Of a DNA stretch of 64,000 bases, positions 36,824 through 53,170 are shown one piece after another (the stretch's first letter is position 1; each line of letters begins with the position of its first letter). The DNA is from Escherichia coli (GTDB lineage: Bacteria > Pseudomonadota > Gammaproteobacteria > Enterobacterales > Enterobacteriaceae). The stretch lies in the NCBI RefSeq assembly GCF_048403405.1, contig NZ_CP183129.1; one strand, 5' to 3'. The notes under the pieces were generated by a model. The model saw only the letters and a list, made by a program, of their open reading frames with translations, did not search any database and had not been told where the DNA came from. A program made the translations under genes and the position numbers.

Positions 36824-36874
36824 TTCTTCGCCCCGGCACGACTGCCGGGGCCATCGCTCAACATGAGGTGGTTT

Positions 36875-38104
36875 ATGAAAACAACAGCTCTGCGTCTTTA
36901 TGGTAAACGTGATTTACGCCTGGAAACCTTTGATCTTCCTGAAATGCAGGAGGATGAAATCCTCGCGACGGTGGTCACCGACAGCCTGTGCCTCTCTTCC
37001 TGGAAAGAGGCCAATCTGGGTGAAAATCATAAAAAAGTACCCGACGATGTGGCGACCAACCCCATCATCATCGGCCACGAGTTTTGCGGCGATATTCTGG
37101 CCGTGGGTAAAAAGTGGCAGCACAAATTCCAGCCGGGTCAGCGTTATGTGATTCAGGCCAACCTGCAACTCCCCGACCGCCCGGACTGCCCCGGCTACTC
37201 CTTCCCGTGGGTAGGCGGCGAAGCGACGCATGTGGTTATTCCCAACGAGGTCATGGAACAAGATTGCCTGCTGGCATACGACGGCGAAACCTATTTTGAA
37301 GGCTCGCTGGTTGAACCGCTTTCCTGCGTGATTGGCGCGTTCAACGCCAACTATCATCTTCAGGAAGGTAGTTATAACCACACGATGGGGATTCGCCCGC
37401 AAGGGCGCACGCTGATCCTCGGCGGCACCGGACCAATGGGACTGTTGGCGATTGATTATGCGTTGCATGGACCGGTTAACCCGTCGCTGCTCGTCATTAC
37501 CGATACCGACAACGACAAATTGAGTTATGCGCGCAAGCACTATCCATCAGAACCGCAAACACTGATTCATTATCTCAATGCCGCCGATGCAGCATTTGAT
37601 ACGTTAATGGCACTGAGTGGCGGTCACGGCTTCGATGATATTTTCGTCTTTGTGCCTAATGAAGGACTGGTGACTCTCGCCTCTTCCTTGCTGGCGACAG
37701 ATGGTTGCCTGAATTTCTTCGCCGGACCGCAGGATAAACATTTCAGCGCGCCAATTAATTTCTACGATGTGCATTATGCATTTACCCACTACGTGGGCAC
37801 GTCAGGCGGCAATACCGATGACATGCGCGCAGCAGTCAAATTGATTGAAGAGAAAAAAGTGCAGGCCGCAAAAGTGGTAACACATATTCTTGGGCTGAAT
37901 GCCGCGGGCGAAACCACGCTTGAATTGCCTGCCGTCGGCGGCGGCAAAAAGCTGGTGTATACCGGGAAATACCTGCCGCTTATGTCACTCACGCAGATTC
38001 AGGATCAAGCACTGGCGGCAATTCTGGCGCGTCATCAGGGGATCTGGTCCGGTGAGGCGGAGCAATATCTGCTCACTCATGCAGAGGCAATTTCCCATGA
38101 TTAA
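36875..38104 (+). CDS. sorE: Zinc-dependent medium-chain dehydrogenase (L-sorbose-1-phosphate reductase-like)
   Basis: MKTTALRLYGKRDLRLETFDLPE... MDR/ADH family (GHEFCGDI) with a GxGxxG-like nucleotide site (LGGTGPMG); ATG at 36875 with RBS GAGGTGG. Confidence 0.8.
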   Translation: MKTTALRLYGKRDLRLETFDLPEMQEDEILATVVTDSLCLSSWKEANLGENHKKVPDDVATNPIIIGHEFCGDILAVGKKWQHKFQPGQRYVIQANLQLPDRPDCPGYSFPWVGGEATHVVIPNEVMEQDCLLAYDGETYFEGSLVEPLSCVIGAFNANYHLQEGSYNHTMGIRPQGRTLILGGTGPMGLLAIDYALHGPVNPSLLVITDTDNDKLSYARKHYPSEPQTLIHYLNAADAAFDTLMALSGGHGFDDIFVFVPNEGLVTLASSLLATDGCLNFFAGPQDKHFSAPINFYDVHYAFTHYVGTSGGNTDDMRAAVKLIEEKKVQAAKVVTHILGLNAAGETTLELPAVGGGKKLVYTGKYLPLMSLTQIQDQALAAILARHQGIWSGEAEQYLLTHAEAISHD

Positions 38105-38263
38105 TCGCGCTACTTAACTCTGCATGTCGCTGGCTGGTCGCCGCGGCAACTTCGCGACCGGATGTGCGGCTGATTGCTGAAGCAGCACAATTTGCATGAG
38201 AAGGATAAAAAATATCAGCGCCTTAAGGGGCGCTCAAATTGGTGGCAAAGTACACATTGTTTA

Positions 38264-38364
38264 TGCCGGATGCGGAATGAAGCCTTATTCGGCATACATA
38301 ATCTCGAAAATTCAATATATTGCAGTTATCTGGTAGGACTGGTAAGCGTAGCGCATCAGGCAAT
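38264..38364. repeat. REP/BIME pair between sorE and pepE
   Basis: tgccggatgcggaatgaagccttattcggcatac and inverted gtaggactggtaagcgtagcgcatcaggca. Confidence 0.6.
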
Positions 38365-38485
38365 GCTGTGTTTGTCATCAGTCTCAGCGCCCGGTGCAAT
38401 ACGTGACATCGTGAGCCATGTCAGTAAGTGGTTAAATTCGCAGTGGTAGCATGCCTCCCGTGATTTCTTACTAACCGGAGAAGTA

Positions 38486-39175
38486 ATGGAACTGCTTTTA
38501 TTGAGTAACTCGACGCTGCCGGGTAAAGCCTGGCTGGAACATGCACTGCCGCTAATTGCTGAACAGTTGCAGGGTCGCCGTTCAGCGGTGTTTATCCCTT
38601 TCGCTGGCGTAACGCAGACCTGGGATGATTACACAGCGAAAACGGCTGCGGTTCTCGCTCCGCTGGGTGTTTCTGTCACCGGTATTCATAGCGTTGTCGA
38701 TCCCGTTGCCGCGATTGAAAATGCTGAGATCGTGATTGTCGGCGGCGGTAATACTTTCCAGTTGCTGAAACAGTGCCGCGAGCGCGGGCTGCTGGCACCA
38801 ATTACTGACGTGGTGAAACGTGGCGCGCTGTATATTGGCTGGAGCGCAGGCGCTAACCTTGCTTGCCCAACCATTCGTACCACCAACGATATGCCGATTG
38901 TCGATCCGCAAGGTTTCGATGCGCTAAATCTGTTCCCGCTGCAAATCAACCCGCACTTCACCAACGCGCTGCCGGAAGGTCATAAAGGTGAAACCCGTGA
39001 ACAGCGTATTCGCGAACTGCTGGTCGTCGCGCCAGAACTCACAATTATTGGTCTGCCGGAAGGTAACTGGATCACAGTGAGTAAAGGTCACGCAACGCTG
39101 GGTGGCCCGAACACCACTTATGTGTTTAAGGCTGGTGAAGAAGCGGTTCCGCTGGAAGCGGGTCACCGTTTTTAA
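38486..39175 (+). CDS. pepE: Peptidase E (alpha-aspartyl dipeptidase)
   Basis: [41 protein letters not shown]... 229 aa. Confidence 0.9.
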
Positions 39176-39181
39176 GTGAAT

Positions 39182-39255
39182 TGCCGGATGCATGATCCGG
39201 CATCTTGTACATAGTGCCTGATGCGACGCTTTACATGTCTTATCAGGCCTTCAGG
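39182..39255. repeat. REP-like palindromic units / terminator region between pepE and yjbB
   Basis: Hairpin tgccggatgcatgatccggca and REP-like gcctgatgcgacgctttacatgtcttatcaggcc. Confidence 0.5.
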
Positions 39256-39264
39256 GTCACGGTA

Positions 39265-40896
39265 TTAATACTCGTCCCGTCCTTCATCTTCATCCGGCTG
39301 TTCCAGCACACTGTAAGCCACCGAACAAAACAGCGAGTTCAGACGCTGCATATCTCCCAGTAAGCCTAAATGTAGCGAACTGGTTTCAATACTCTGCACG
39401 TTTTGCTGGTGCAGGCGATCGACGTGGGCGTGAGAATAGCGGCGATTAAGAATGCGAAAACGATGTTTGCTGCGGCGCAAACGACGGGCGCTGGTAACAT
39501 CGCCAGAGAAGAAAACCGACATTGCCAGTTTTAAATTACTGAGCAATTGCTCATAGAGCGCATCCAGTTCCTTCAAGCCATCAAGCGAAAATGCTCGCCT
39601 TGCAGCCAGCGATTTGTCGGCAATTTCGCTGCCCATGCGCTCGACGATATCGGAGGCCTGCTCAAGGTTAAGCGACATTTCGATGATCTCCGCCCAGCGA
39701 CGCGACTCTTCCTCCGCCAGCTCTTCTTTTGGCATTCGCGCCAGATACAGCTTAATGGCGGTGTAGAGAACGTTGATATCATCTGCCAGCTTACGCAGCT
39801 CTTTCTCCTGCCGTGGCTCGCCGTGCATCACTTTATTCAACCCTTCCATCATCTGTTCCATGGCGTCGCCAATGCGCAGGGTTTCGCGCGCGGCGTTCGC
39901 CAGAGCAAGCGTGGGCGTATCCAGCGCGCTGACATCCAGATGTTTAGGCCGTAGCTGGGTATCCAGTTCCGGTTCATCGCGAATAATCGTTTTGCAAAAC
40001 CGTGCCATCGGGTCAACAAATGGCAGCATGACCAGGCAACGTACAAGGTTGTAGAAGACATGGAAATAGATCACCAGTTCCGCTTTTGGCAATGACAACT
40101 TCCCCATTGTCTCTGCCAGCAAATGGACAAACGGCAGGATAATCAGGCTACCCACCAGCTTAAACAGCAGACTACCCAGCGCGACACGGCGGGCTGCGGC
40201 ATTGGCGGCACTGTTGTTGAGCATCGCCAGCAGGCCGGAACCGAGGTTAGCACCAATCACCAGACAGAGCGCCACGGGGAAGGAGATAATGCCTGCAGCG
40301 GTCAGAGTCGCGGTCAGCAGTACAGCAGCAAGGCTGGAGTAGCTGATAATGGCGAACATCGCGCCAATCAGCGCATCCAGCAGAATGTCACCCGTCAGCG
40401 AGGCAAAGATCACCTGAACGCCGTTTGCCTGGGTGATCGGCGTTACGGCCTGCACAATCAACTCCAGCGCCAGCAAAATCAACCCAAGACCAATACCGAC
40501 GCGGCCCAGTTGCCCGGCGCGTGACTGTTTGCGTCCGAGGAAAAAAATCACGCCGATAAAAATAAGTAATGGTGACAGCCAGGATAAATCGAAGGTGAGA
40601 ATACGCGCCATTAGCGCCGTCCCGACATCTGCACCCAGCACAATCACCAGAGCCGGTGCGAGGGCTACCAGATCCTGAGCGACGAACGAGGTCACCAGCA
40701 TGGTGGTGGCATTACTGCTCTGTACCAGTGCGGTAACGCCGATCCCCGCGCAAAAGGCGAGCGGCTTTTTTTCGACGCTCCGGCTAAGGACAGTACGCAA
40801 ACGCGCGCCGAAGACGCGCATTACGCCGGTTCGAACAATATGCGTCCCCCAGACCAGCAGGGCGACGGCAGAAAGCAGGTGAAGCAGCGTTAACAC
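39265..40896 (-). CDS. yjbB: Na+/phosphate cotransporter family membrane protein
   Basis: 543 aa; N-terminal polytopic membrane domain plus a C-terminal PhoU-like domain. Confidence 0.9.
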   Translation of the reverse strand: MLTLLHLLSAVALLVWGTHIVRTGVMRVFGARLRTVLSRSVEKKPLAFCAGIGVTALVQSSNATTMLVTSFVAQDLVALAPALVIVLGADVGTALMARILTFDLSWLSPLLIFIGVIFFLGRKQSRAGQLGRVGIGLGLILLALELIVQAVTPITQANGVQVIFASLTGDILLDALIGAMFAIISYSSLAAVLLTATLTAAGIISFPVALCLVIGANLGSGLLAMLNNSAANAAARRVALGSLLFKLVGSLIILPFVHLLAETMGKLSLPKAELVIYFHVFYNLVRCLVMLPFVDPMARFCKTIIRDEPELDTQLRPKHLDVSALDTPTLALANAARETLRIGDAMEQMMEGLNKVMHGEPRQEKELRKLADDINVLYTAIKLYLARMPKEELAEEESRRWAEIIEMSLNLEQASDIVERMGSEIADKSLAARRAFSLDGLKELDALYEQLLSNLKLAMSVFFSGDVTSARRLRRSKHRFRILNRRYSHAHVDRLHQQNVQSIETSSLHLGLLGDMQRLNSLFCSVAYSVLEQPDEDEGRDEY

Positions 40897-41059
40897 GAGT
40901 TCAGGTTCTCCTTATCGTTATATGTTCCTGAAGCAATTGAATGACCAAAGGACCGGAAACACGCTGACTGGCATCTTTACTGTGCCTTTTGACCTTCGTT
41001 TTTCCGGCTAAGATTATTCCAGCCTGATTCCAGTATAAGTGTTTCATATTAATAAAGAG

Positions 41060-41084
41060 ACAGGGCACTCATTGAGCGCCCTGT
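41060..41084 (-). terminator. Intrinsic terminator after metH
   Basis: Hairpin cagggcgctcaatgagtgccctg with a T-rich tract on the minus strand about 30 bp past the metH stop. Confidence 0.5.
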
Positions 41085-41115
41085 TTGTTGTAAGGAAAAG
41101 TGACAGATTTGTGAA

Positions 41116-44100
41116 TCAGTCCGCGTCATACCCCAGATTCGGTGCCAGCCAGCGCTCAACATCTGAGACGCTCATACCTTTACGGCGGGCATAGTCTTCA
41201 ACCTGATCGCGCTGGATTTGCGCCACCGCGTAATACTTGCTGTCCGGGTGGCTGAAGTACCAACCCGAAACCGATGCACCAGGCCACATGGCGAAAGATT
41301 CTGTGAGTTTCATGCCAGTGTGTTTTTCCACTTCCAGCAGCTCCCAGATGGTGGCTTTTTCCGTATGTTCCGGGCAGGCCGGATAGCCCGGTGCCGGACG
41401 GATGCCCTGGTAGTTTTCGCGGATCAGTTCTTCGTTGCTGAGGTTCTCGTTCGGCGCATAGCCCCAGTAGACTTTACGCACACGCTCATGGAGATACTCC
41501 GCAAAGGCTTCGGCTAAACGGTCGGCAAGCGCTTTCACCATGATTTTGTTGTAATCATCGTGCTGCGCTTCAAAGGCATCAGCCAGTGCGTCCTCTTCCA
41601 GCCCGCCAGTCACGGCAAATGCGCCGATGTAATCTGCTTTACCAGAAAGCTTCGGCGCAACGAAGTCAGCGAGACAGTAGTTAGCGAAGCCGGTTTTTTC
41701 GGTCTGTTGACGCAGATGGTGGCTGACGTTGATCACATGGGTGCGCGTTTCGTCACGGTAGATTTCAATGTCATCGCCCACACGGTTTGCCGGGAACAGC
41801 CCCACCACGCCACGCGGATTCAGCGTTTTTTCGGCGCTTAATTTATCCAGCATGTCATTGGCGTCTTTAAACAGACGCTGCGCCTCAACGCCCACCACTT
41901 CATCTTCCAGAATGCGCGGATACTTCCCGGCCAGCGACCAGGTCATAAAGAACGGTGTCCAGTCGATGTAATTACGCAGCGTTTCGATGCTGGCTTCGAC
42001 TTCCTGCACGCCGAGACGGTGCGCCACCGGCGGCGTGTAAGCCTGCCAGTCAAAAGCGAAGTCGTTATCACGCGCCGCTTCCAGCGTGACCGGTGGTGTG
42101 CGTGGTTTCTTGCGCCCGTGCTGAATACGCACGGTTTCGTACTCCTTGCGGGTACGAGCAACGAAATCATCGCGCTGAGTGTCGGAAAGCAGCGCCGCCA
42201 CCACACCAACGGTGCGCGAAGCGTTCTGCACATACACCGTCGGGCCGCTGTAGTTTTGCTCGATCTTCACCGCCGTGTGTGCTTTAGAGGTGGTCGCGCC
42301 GCCAATCAGTAACGGAATGGTGAAGCCCTGACGCTCCATCTCTTTCGCCACGTTAACCATCTCGTCCAGCGACGGCGTGATAAGCCCCGAAAGTCCAATC
42401 AGATCAGCATTCACTTCTTTAGCGGTACGGAGAATTTTTTCCGCAGGCACCATAACGCCGAGATCGACAATTTCGTAGTTGTTACATTGCAGCACCACAC
42501 CAACGATATTTTTACCGATGTCGTGGACGTCGCCCTTCACGGTGGCGATCACCATCTTGCCGTTGGTTTTGCCCTGCTCTTTGCTGGCTTCAATAAACGG
42601 TTCGAGGTAGGCCACCGCCTGCTTCATCACACGCGCCGATTTGACCACCTGTGGCAGGAACATTTTCCCTTCGCCAAACAGATCGCCGACCACGTTCATG
42701 CCGTCCATTAGCGGGCCTTCAATCACCTGAATAGGGCGCTCCGCCTGCAGGCGGGCTTCTTCGGTGTCCTGCTCGATAAACTCGGTAATGCCTTTGACCA
42801 GCGAGTATTCCAGACGTTTATTCACTTCCCACGAGCGCCACTCCGCCTGCTGGGCGTTAGCGGTGTCGTCGGTTTTGCTGCCGCGATATTTCTCGGCAAG
42901 CTCCAGTAAACGCTCAGTGCCATCGTCGCGACGGTTAAGAATCACATCTTCCACCGCGTCGCGCAGTTCAGCGGGTAGGTCGTCGTAAATCGCCAGCTGC
43001 CCGGCGTTGACGATCCCCATATCCATGCCATTGCGAATAGCGTAGTAGAGGAACACCGCGTGAATGGCTTCGCGCACCGGATCGTTGCCACGGAATGAGA
43101 AAGAAACGTTAGATACGCCGCCGGAGATCAGCGCGTGCGGCAGTTCGCGTTTGATGTCTTCACACGCGCCGATAAAATCCTGTGCGTAGTTGTTGTGCTC
43201 TTCAATGCCAGTTGCGACCGCGAAGATGTTCGGGTCGAAGATGATATCTTCTGGCGGGAAGCCAACTTCTTCGGTGAGGATTTTGTACGCCCGACGGCAA
43301 ATCTCGATTTTCCGTGCGCGGGTATCGGCCTGCCCCTGTTCGTCAAAGGCCATTACCACAACTGCCGCACCGTAACGACGCAACAATTTCGCGTGATGGA
43401 TAAAAGCGTCGACGCCTTCTTTCATTGAAATAGAGTTAACAATGCCTTTGCCCTGGATACACTTCAGACCTTTTTCAATGACATCCCATTTTGAGGAGTC
43501 GATCATAATCGGCACGCGAGCGATATCCGGTTCACCGGCAATCAGATTGAGAAAACGCACCATCGCCGCTTCGGCGTCGAGCATCCCTTCATCCATATTG
43601 ATATCGATAATCTGCGCGCCGTTTTCCACCTGCTGGCGGGCCACATCCAGTGCCTCGCTGTATTTCTCTTCTTTGATCAGGCGCTTGAACTTAGCGGAAC
43701 CGGTGACGTTGGTGCGTTCACCCACGTTCACAAACAGGCTATCTTCGCCAATGTTCAGCGGCTCCAGGCCGGACAAACGGCAGGCTACGGGGATTTCCGG
43801 CAGTTTGCGCGGCGCTAATCCTTCTACTGCACGACTCATCGCGGCAATATGTTGTGGCGTGGTGCCACAGCAGCCGCCGACGATATTGAGAAAGCCCGCT
43901 TGCGCCCATTCACGTATTTGTTTTGCCATCGTGTCGGCGTCGAGATCGTACTCACCAAAGGCGTTGGGTAGCCCGGCGTTCGGGTGCGCGGTGACGTAGC
44001 ATTCCGCAATCCGTGATAATTCCTGCACGTACTGGCGCAGTTCGTCTGGCCCCAGCGCACAGTTAAGGCCGAAAGTCAGCGCTTCGGCGTGGCGCAGAGA

Positions 44101-44799
44101 GTTATAAAACGCTTCGGTGGTCTGCCCGGAGAGCGTGCGCCCGGAGGCGTCGGTGATGGTGCCGGAGATCATAATCGGCAGCTCAACGCCCAGCGCTTCA
44201 AACTCCGTTTTCACCGCAAAGACCGCCGCTTTGGCGTTAAGGGTGTCGAAAACGGTTTCAATCAGGATCAGATCCGCACCACCTTCCACCAGCGCTTTGG
44301 TGGATTCGCGATAGGCCGCCACCAGCTGGTCAAAAGTGATGTTGCGGAATGCCGGATCGTTGACGTCCGGAGAAATAGACGCCGTGCGGTTGGTCGGGCC
44401 GAGAACACCGGCAACGTAGCGCGGTTTCTCCGGCGTGCGGGCAGTCCACTCGTCAGCACAAGCGCGCGCCAGTTTGGCGGCAGCGAAGTTGATTTCCGCC
44501 GATAGGGATTCCATCTGGTAATCCGCCATCGCAATGGTCGTGGAGTTGAAGGTGTTGGTTTCGATGATATCCGCGCCCGCTTCAAAGTAGGCGTTATGGA
44601 TAGCGGCGATCACTGCCGGTTTACTGAGTACCAGCAGGTCGTTGTTGCCTTTGAGGTCGCATGGCCAGTCGGCAAAGAGTTCACCACGAAAATCGGCTTC
44701 ATTCAGTCGATAGCTCTGGATCATGGTGCCCATACCGCCGTCCAGCACCAGAATACGTTCATTTAACTGCGCACGCAGTTGTTCCACTTTGCTGCTCAC
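41116..44799 (-). CDS. metH: B12-dependent methionine synthase
   Basis: ...[31 protein letters not shown]... through the C-terminal ...[11 protein letters not shown]; 1227 aa. I chose the GTG at 44797-44799; the track start at 44820 is seven codons upstream. Confidence 0.95.
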   Translation of the reverse strand: MSSKVEQLRAQLNERILVLDGGMGTMIQSYRLNEADFRGELFADWPCDLKGNNDLLVLSKPAVIAAIHNAYFEAGADIIETNTFNSTTIAMADYQMESLSAEINFAAAKLARACADEWTARTPEKPRYVAGVLGPTNRTASISPDVNDPAFRNITFDQLVAAYRESTKALVEGGADLILIETVFDTLNAKAAVFAVKTEFEALGVELPIMISGTITDASGRTLSGQTTEAFYNSLRHAEALTFGLNCALGPDELRQYVQELSRIAECYVTAHPNAGLPNAFGEYDLDADTMAKQIREWAQAGFLNIVGGCCGTTPQHIAAMSRAVEGLAPRKLPEIPVACRLSGLEPLNIGEDSLFVNVGERTNVTGSAKFKRLIKEEKYSEALDVARQQVENGAQIIDINMDEGMLDAEAAMVRFLNLIAGEPDIARVPIMIDSSKWDVIEKGLKCIQGKGIVNSISMKEGVDAFIHHAKLLRRYGAAVVVMAFDEQGQADTRARKIEICRRAYKILTEEVGFPPEDIIFDPNIFAVATGIEEHNNYAQDFIGACEDIKRELPHALISGGVSNVSFSFRGNDPVREAIHAVFLYYAIRNGMDMGIVNAGQLAIYDDLPAELRDAVEDVILNRRDDGTERLLELAEKYRGSKTDDTANAQQAEWRSWEVNKRLEYSLVKGITEFIEQDTEEARLQAERPIQVIEGPLMDGMNVVGDLFGEGKMFLPQVVKSARVMKQAVAYLEPFIEASKEQGKTNGKMVIATVKGDVHDIGKNIVGVVLQCNNYEIVDLGVMVPAEKILRTAKEVNADLIGLSGLITPSLDEMVNVAKEMERQGFTIPLLIGGATTSKAHTAVKIEQNYSGPTVYVQNASRTVGVVAALLSDTQRDDFVARTRKEYETVRIQHGRKKPRTPPVTLEAARDNDFAFDWQAYTPPVAHRLGVQEVEASIETLRNYIDWTPFFMTWSLAGKYPRILEDEVVGVEAQRLFKDANDMLDKLSAEKTLNPRGVVGLFPANRVGDDIEIYRDETRTHVINVSHHLRQQTEKTGFANYCLADFVAPKLSGKADYIGAFAVTGGLEEDALADAFEAQHDDYNKIMVKALADRLAEAFAEYLHERVRKVYWGYAPNENLSNEELIRENYQGIRPAPGYPACPEHTEKATIWELLEVEKHTGMKLTESFAMWPGASVSGWYFSHPDSKYYAVAQIQRDQVEDYARRKGMSVSDVERWLAPNLGYDAD

Positions 44800-44998
44800 A
44801 CTTGCTCCCGACACGCTCAACCCAGATTTAATAAAAATTCAACAAACCATACTGGCATAAACGCATCTGTGGTAAAAGCGACCACCACGCAACATGAGAT
44901 TTGTTCAACATTAACTCATCGGATCAGTTCAGCAACTATTGCATTAGCTAACAATAAAAATGAAAATGATTTCCACGATACAGAAAAAGGAGACTGTC

Positions 44999-45823
44999 AT
45001 GGTCGCACCCATTCCCGCGAAACGCGGCAGAAAACCCGCCGTTGCCACCGCACCAGCGACTGGACAGGTTCAGTCTTTAACGCGTGGCCTGAAATTACTG
45101 GAGTGGATTGCCGAATCCAATGGCAGTGTGGCACTCACGGAGCTGGCGCAACAAGCCGGGTTACCCAATTCCACGACCCACCGCCTGCTAACCACGATGC
45201 AACAGCAGGGTTTCGTGCGTCAGGTTGGCGAACTGGGACACTGGGCAATCGGCGCACACGCCTTTATGGTCGGTAGCAGCTTTCTCCAGAGCCGTAATTT
45301 GTTAGCAATTGTTCACCCTATCCTGCGCAATCTAATGGAAGAGTCTGGCGAAACGGTCAATATGGCGGTGCTTGATCAAAGCGATCACGAAGCGATTATT
45401 ATCGACCAGGTACAGTGTACGCATCTGATGCGAATGTCCGCGCCTATCGGCGGTAAATTGCCGATGCACGCTTCCGGTGCGGGTAAAGCCTTTTTAGCCC
45501 AACTGAGCGAAGAACAGGTGACGAAGCTGCTGCACCGCAAAGGGTTACATGCCTATACCCACGCGACGCTGGTGTCTCCTGTGCATTTAAAAGAAGATCT
45601 CGCCCAAACGCGCAAACGGGGTTATTCATTTGACGATGAGGAACATGCGCTGGGGCTACGTTGCCTTGCAGCGTGTATTTTCGATGAGCACCGTGAACCG
45701 TTTGCCGCAATTTCTATTTCCGGACCGATTTCACGTATTACCGATGACCGCGTGACCGAGTTTGGCGCGATGGTGATTAAAGCGGCGAAGGAAGTGACGC
45801 TGGCGTACGGTGGAATGCGCTGA
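44999..45823 (+). CDS. iclR: IclR repressor of the glyoxylate shunt operon
   Basis: MVAPIPAKRGRKPAVATAPATGQVQSLTRGLKLLEWIAESNGSVALTELA... 274 aa; track ORF trimmed by 13 codons. Confidence 0.9.
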   Translation: MVAPIPAKRGRKPAVATAPATGQVQSLTRGLKLLEWIAESNGSVALTELAQQAGLPNSTTHRLLTTMQQQGFVRQVGELGHWAIGAHAFMVGSSFLQSRNLLAIVHPILRNLMEESGETVNMAVLDQSDHEAIIIDQVQCTHLMRMSAPIGGKLPMHASGAGKAFLAQLSEEQVTKLLHRKGLHAYTHATLVSPVHLKEDLAQTRKRGYSFDDEEHALGLRCLAACIFDEHREPFAAISISGPISRITDDRVTEFGAMVIKAAKEVTLAYGGMR

Positions 45824-46139
45824 CTTTTTCTGGCGGGCAGAGGCAATATTCTGCCCATCATACCTGAGTGGCAATAGAATAAGGGTGTCTGTTAATCGCA
45901 TTGACGCCAAAATAACTTATTGTCATACACTTCACACGCTTTTATTACCTCAGCATTATTTTTAAACATCAAACCACTTAATTATTAACAAAATCGCAAG
46001 ATCTCATTCCACCGAAACTTTTACGGCTGCATTATGAGATTGAGCGATTTATGATATTTCTTTACTTGTAATCATATTAAATTTTTTCACTGTTCTGATA
46101 GTTAAAATTCAAGACATCAATAAACAATGAGATATTTAA

Positions 46140-50049
<3,910 letters not shown>

Positions 50050-50088
50050 TTAATTCGCCCCTCGCCTTACGGAAAGGGGCGTTGGTTG

Positions 50089-51393
50089 TTAGAACTGCGA
50101 TTCTTCGGTGGAGCCGGTCAGCGCGGTGACTGAAGACGTGCCGCCCTGAATAATGGTCGTCACTTTATCGAAATAACCTGTACCCACTTCCTGCTGGTGA
50201 GAAACGAAGGTGTAACCATCTTTCGCGGCGGCGAATTCCGGTTGCTGCACTTTCTCAACGTAGTGCTTCATACCTTCGCCCTGGGCATAGGCGTTTGCCA
50301 GGTCAAACATGTTGAACCACATGCTGTGGATACCTGCCAGGGTGATGAACTGGAACTTGTAGCCCATATCCGACAGCTGCTGCTGGAAGCTGGCAATAGT
50401 TTTGTCGTCAAGGTTTTTCTGCCAGTTGAACGACGGCGAGCAGTTATAAGCCAGCAGTTTGCCCGGATATTTCGCGTGGATAGCTTGTGCAAAGCGACGC
50501 GCCAGTTCCAGGTCTGGCGTGGAGGTTTCACACCATACCAGGTCAGCATATGGCGCATACGCCAGGCCACGGCTGATCGCTTGTTCAATACCTGCATGAG
50601 TACGGAAGAAGCCTTCGCTGGTACGCTCGCCGGTAATAAATTCGCTGTCATATGGGTCGCAATCGGAGGTAATCAGATCCGCCGCATCAGCATCGGTACG
50701 AGCAACCAGCAGGGTTGGAACGCCCGTCACGTCAGCTGCCAGACGCGCCGCGACCAGTTTCTGAATAGCTTCCTGAGTTGGCACCAGCACTTTGCCGCCC
50801 ATATGACCGCATTTCTTCACTGATGCCAGCTGATCTTCGAAGTGAACTGCCGCTGCACCGGCTTCAATCATCGCTTTCATCAGTTCAAAGGCATTCAGGA
50901 CACCGCCAAAACCGGCTTCCGCATCAGCAACGATCGGCAGGAAGTAATCGACATAGCGCGGATCGCCCGGCTCAATGCCCGCGGACCATTGGATCTGATC
51001 CGCACGGCGGAAAGTATTGTTGATCCGCTCCACCACAGCTGGCACCGAGTTTGCCGGATAGAGCGACTGATCCGGATACATGCTGGCCGCCAGGTTAGCG
51101 TCCGCCGCTACCTGCCATCCCGACAGATAGACTGCTTCAATACCCGCTTTCGCCTGTTGCAGCGCCTGACCGCCAGTCAGTGCACCGAGGCTGTTGATGT
51201 AGCCTTTTTTCGACTCGCCGTGCAGCAGACGCCACATTTTCGCCGCGCCCAGTTGCGCCAGCGTGCATTCAGGATTGACTGAACCGCGTAATTTCACCAC
51301 ATCTTCCGCGCTGTATGGGCGAGTAATGCCTTCCCAACGCGGTTGAGTCCACTCTTTCTGTAATTCTTCAATTTGTTGTGTACGGGTTTTCAT
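50089..51393 (-). CDS. aceA: Isocitrate lyase
   Basis: [38 protein letters not shown]... with the KKCGH active-site motif; 434 aa after trimming five codons. Confidence 0.95.
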   Translation of the reverse strand: MKTRTQQIEELQKEWTQPRWEGITRPYSAEDVVKLRGSVNPECTLAQLGAAKMWRLLHGESKKGYINSLGALTGGQALQQAKAGIEAVYLSGWQVAADANLAASMYPDQSLYPANSVPAVVERINNTFRRADQIQWSAGIEPGDPRYVDYFLPIVADAEAGFGGVLNAFELMKAMIEAGAAAVHFEDQLASVKKCGHMGGKVLVPTQEAIQKLVAARLAADVTGVPTLLVARTDADAADLITSDCDPYDSEFITGERTSEGFFRTHAGIEQAISRGLAYAPYADLVWCETSTPDLELARRFAQAIHAKYPGKLLAYNCSPSFNWQKNLDDKTIASFQQQLSDMGYKFQFITLAGIHSMWFNMFDLANAYAQGEGMKHYVEKVQQPEFAAAKDGYTFVSHQQEVGTGYFDKVTTIIQGGTSSVTALTGSTEESQF

Positions 51394-51422
51394 GTGCAGA
51401 TGCTCCATAGTTATGTGGTGGT

Positions 51423-53024
51423 TTACGCTAACAGGCGGTAGCCTGGCAGGGTCAGGAAATCTATTAACTCATCGGAAGTGGTGATCTGTTCCATCAAGCG
51501 TGCGGCATCGTCAAAACGCCCCTGGGAGAAACGTTCTTCGCCCAGTTCGCTGGCAATGACTTTCATCTCTTCGCCCAGCATCTGGCGGAACAAGGCTTTG
51601 GTCACCGGTTTGCCATTGCTCAACGTTTTTTGATGATGGATCCATTGCCAGATTGAGGTACGGGAAATTTCAGCCGTCGCAGCATCTTCCATCAGGCCAT
51701 AAATCGGCACACAGCCGTTGCCAGAGATCCATGCTTCGATGTACTGCACAGCCACGCGAATGTTGGCGCGCATACCTTCTTCGGTGCGTTCACCATCACA
51801 AGGTGCCAGCAGCTGATCGGCAGTAATCGGCGCGTCTTGTTCGCGCATCACTTCAAGCTGATTTTTACGGGAGCCGAGAATGTCGTTGAATACCGCCATT
51901 GCCGTATCCGCAAGGCCTGGGTGGGCAATCCATGTGCCATCGTGACCGTTATTAGCTTCCAGCGATTTATCCGCTTTTACTTTGTTGAGCACCTGGTTAT
52001 TGCGCTCTTCATCTTTGCTCGGAATAAATGCCGCCATACCGCCCATCGCAAAAGCACCGCGTTTATGGCAGGTTTTAATCAACAGGCGTGAGTAAGCATT
52101 CAGGAAGGGTTTATCCATCGTCACTGCCTGTCTGTCTGGCAGGACGCGATCGGGATAGTTTTTCAACGTTTTGATATAACTGAAGATGTAATCCCAACGA
52201 CCGCAGTTCAGACCAACAATATGGTCACGCAGCGCGTGAAGGATTTCGTCCATCTGGAACACGGCGGGCAGCGTTTCAATCAGCAACGTCGCCTTGATGG
52301 TGCCGCGCGGCAGATTAAAGCGATCTTCTGCATAGCTGAAGACTTCGCTCCACCAGGCCGCTTCCTGCCAGGACTGGGTTTTCGGCAGATAGAAATAGGG
52401 ACCGCTGCCCTTTGCCAACAGTGCCTGATAGTTGTGGAAGAAATAGAGCGCAAAATCAAACAGGCTACCGGGGATTGCCTCACCACGCCAGGTGACATGT
52501 TTTTCCGGCAAGTGCAGACCGCGTACCCGACAAATCAACACCGCTGGATTGGGCTTGAGCTGATAAATTTTGCCTGCTTCATTGGTATAGCTGATGGTGC
52601 CGTTAACCGCATCGCGCAGGTTAATTTGCCCGTTGATCACTTTGTTCCAGTCTGGTGCCAGTGAATCTTCGAAATCGGCCATAAAGACTTTCACATTGGC
52701 GTTGAGCGCGTTGATCACCATCTTGCGCTCAACCGGGCCGGTAATCTCTACCCGACGATCTTCTAAGTCCGCAGGAATCCCGCGAATTTTCCAGTCAGCA
52801 TCGCGAATGGAAGCTGTTTCCGAAATAAAATCAGGCAACGTTCCGTTATCGATATCCTGCTGCTGCTGAATGCGCGCTGCCAGAAGTTTATTGCGTTGTG
52901 GCGTAAAATGCGTCACCAGCTCAGTCAGAAATTCTACCGCTTCGGCAGTAAGAATTTGCTTCTCCTGCTCGCCATACGGCCTTATGAAAGCCAGTTCATC
53001 GGTTGTTGTTGCCTGTTCAGTCAT
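51423..53024 (-). CDS. aceB: Malate synthase A
   Basis: [36 protein letters not shown]... 533 aa after trimming six codons. Confidence 0.95.
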   Translation of the reverse strand: MTEQATTTDELAFIRPYGEQEKQILTAEAVEFLTELVTHFTPQRNKLLAARIQQQQDIDNGTLPDFISETASIRDADWKIRGIPADLEDRRVEITGPVERKMVINALNANVKVFMADFEDSLAPDWNKVINGQINLRDAVNGTISYTNEAGKIYQLKPNPAVLICRVRGLHLPEKHVTWRGEAIPGSLFDFALYFFHNYQALLAKGSGPYFYLPKTQSWQEAAWWSEVFSYAEDRFNLPRGTIKATLLIETLPAVFQMDEILHALRDHIVGLNCGRWDYIFSYIKTLKNYPDRVLPDRQAVTMDKPFLNAYSRLLIKTCHKRGAFAMGGMAAFIPSKDEERNNQVLNKVKADKSLEANNGHDGTWIAHPGLADTAMAVFNDILGSRKNQLEVMREQDAPITADQLLAPCDGERTEEGMRANIRVAVQYIEAWISGNGCVPIYGLMEDAATAEISRTSIWQWIHHQKTLSNGKPVTKALFRQMLGEEMKVIASELGEERFSQGRFDDAARLMEQITTSDELIDFLTLPGYRLLA

Positions 53025-53089
53025 CGTGCAGCTCCTCGTCATGGATCCGAAAACTTCCCCACTGTGAACGAAGGATCGTTGTGCGCTTT

Positions 53090-53170
53090 TCGTTCAGCAC
53101 AACTAAGACTACTCATTTAAAATGCAAAATCAAAAACAATTTCCATTTTAATTAAAAATACATGATAACT
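53090..53170 (-). promoter_or_regulatory. aceBAK promoter region with a candidate IclR operator
   Basis: AT-rich tract upstream of aceB containing, on the minus strand, AAATGGAAATTGTTTTTGATTTTGCATTTT, which resembles the IclR box (TGGAAAT...ATTTCCA-like); read by eye. Confidence 0.45.

Noticed and set aside
36154-36864. 236 aa minus-strand ORF overlapping sorM
   Set aside because: Pro/Ser/Arg-rich low-complexity translation antisense to a clear PTS IID gene; shadow ORF.
41116-44820. Numerous 60-185 aa ORFs on both strands inside metH
   Set aside because: All lie within or antisense to the continuous 1227 aa MetH frame; none has independent support.
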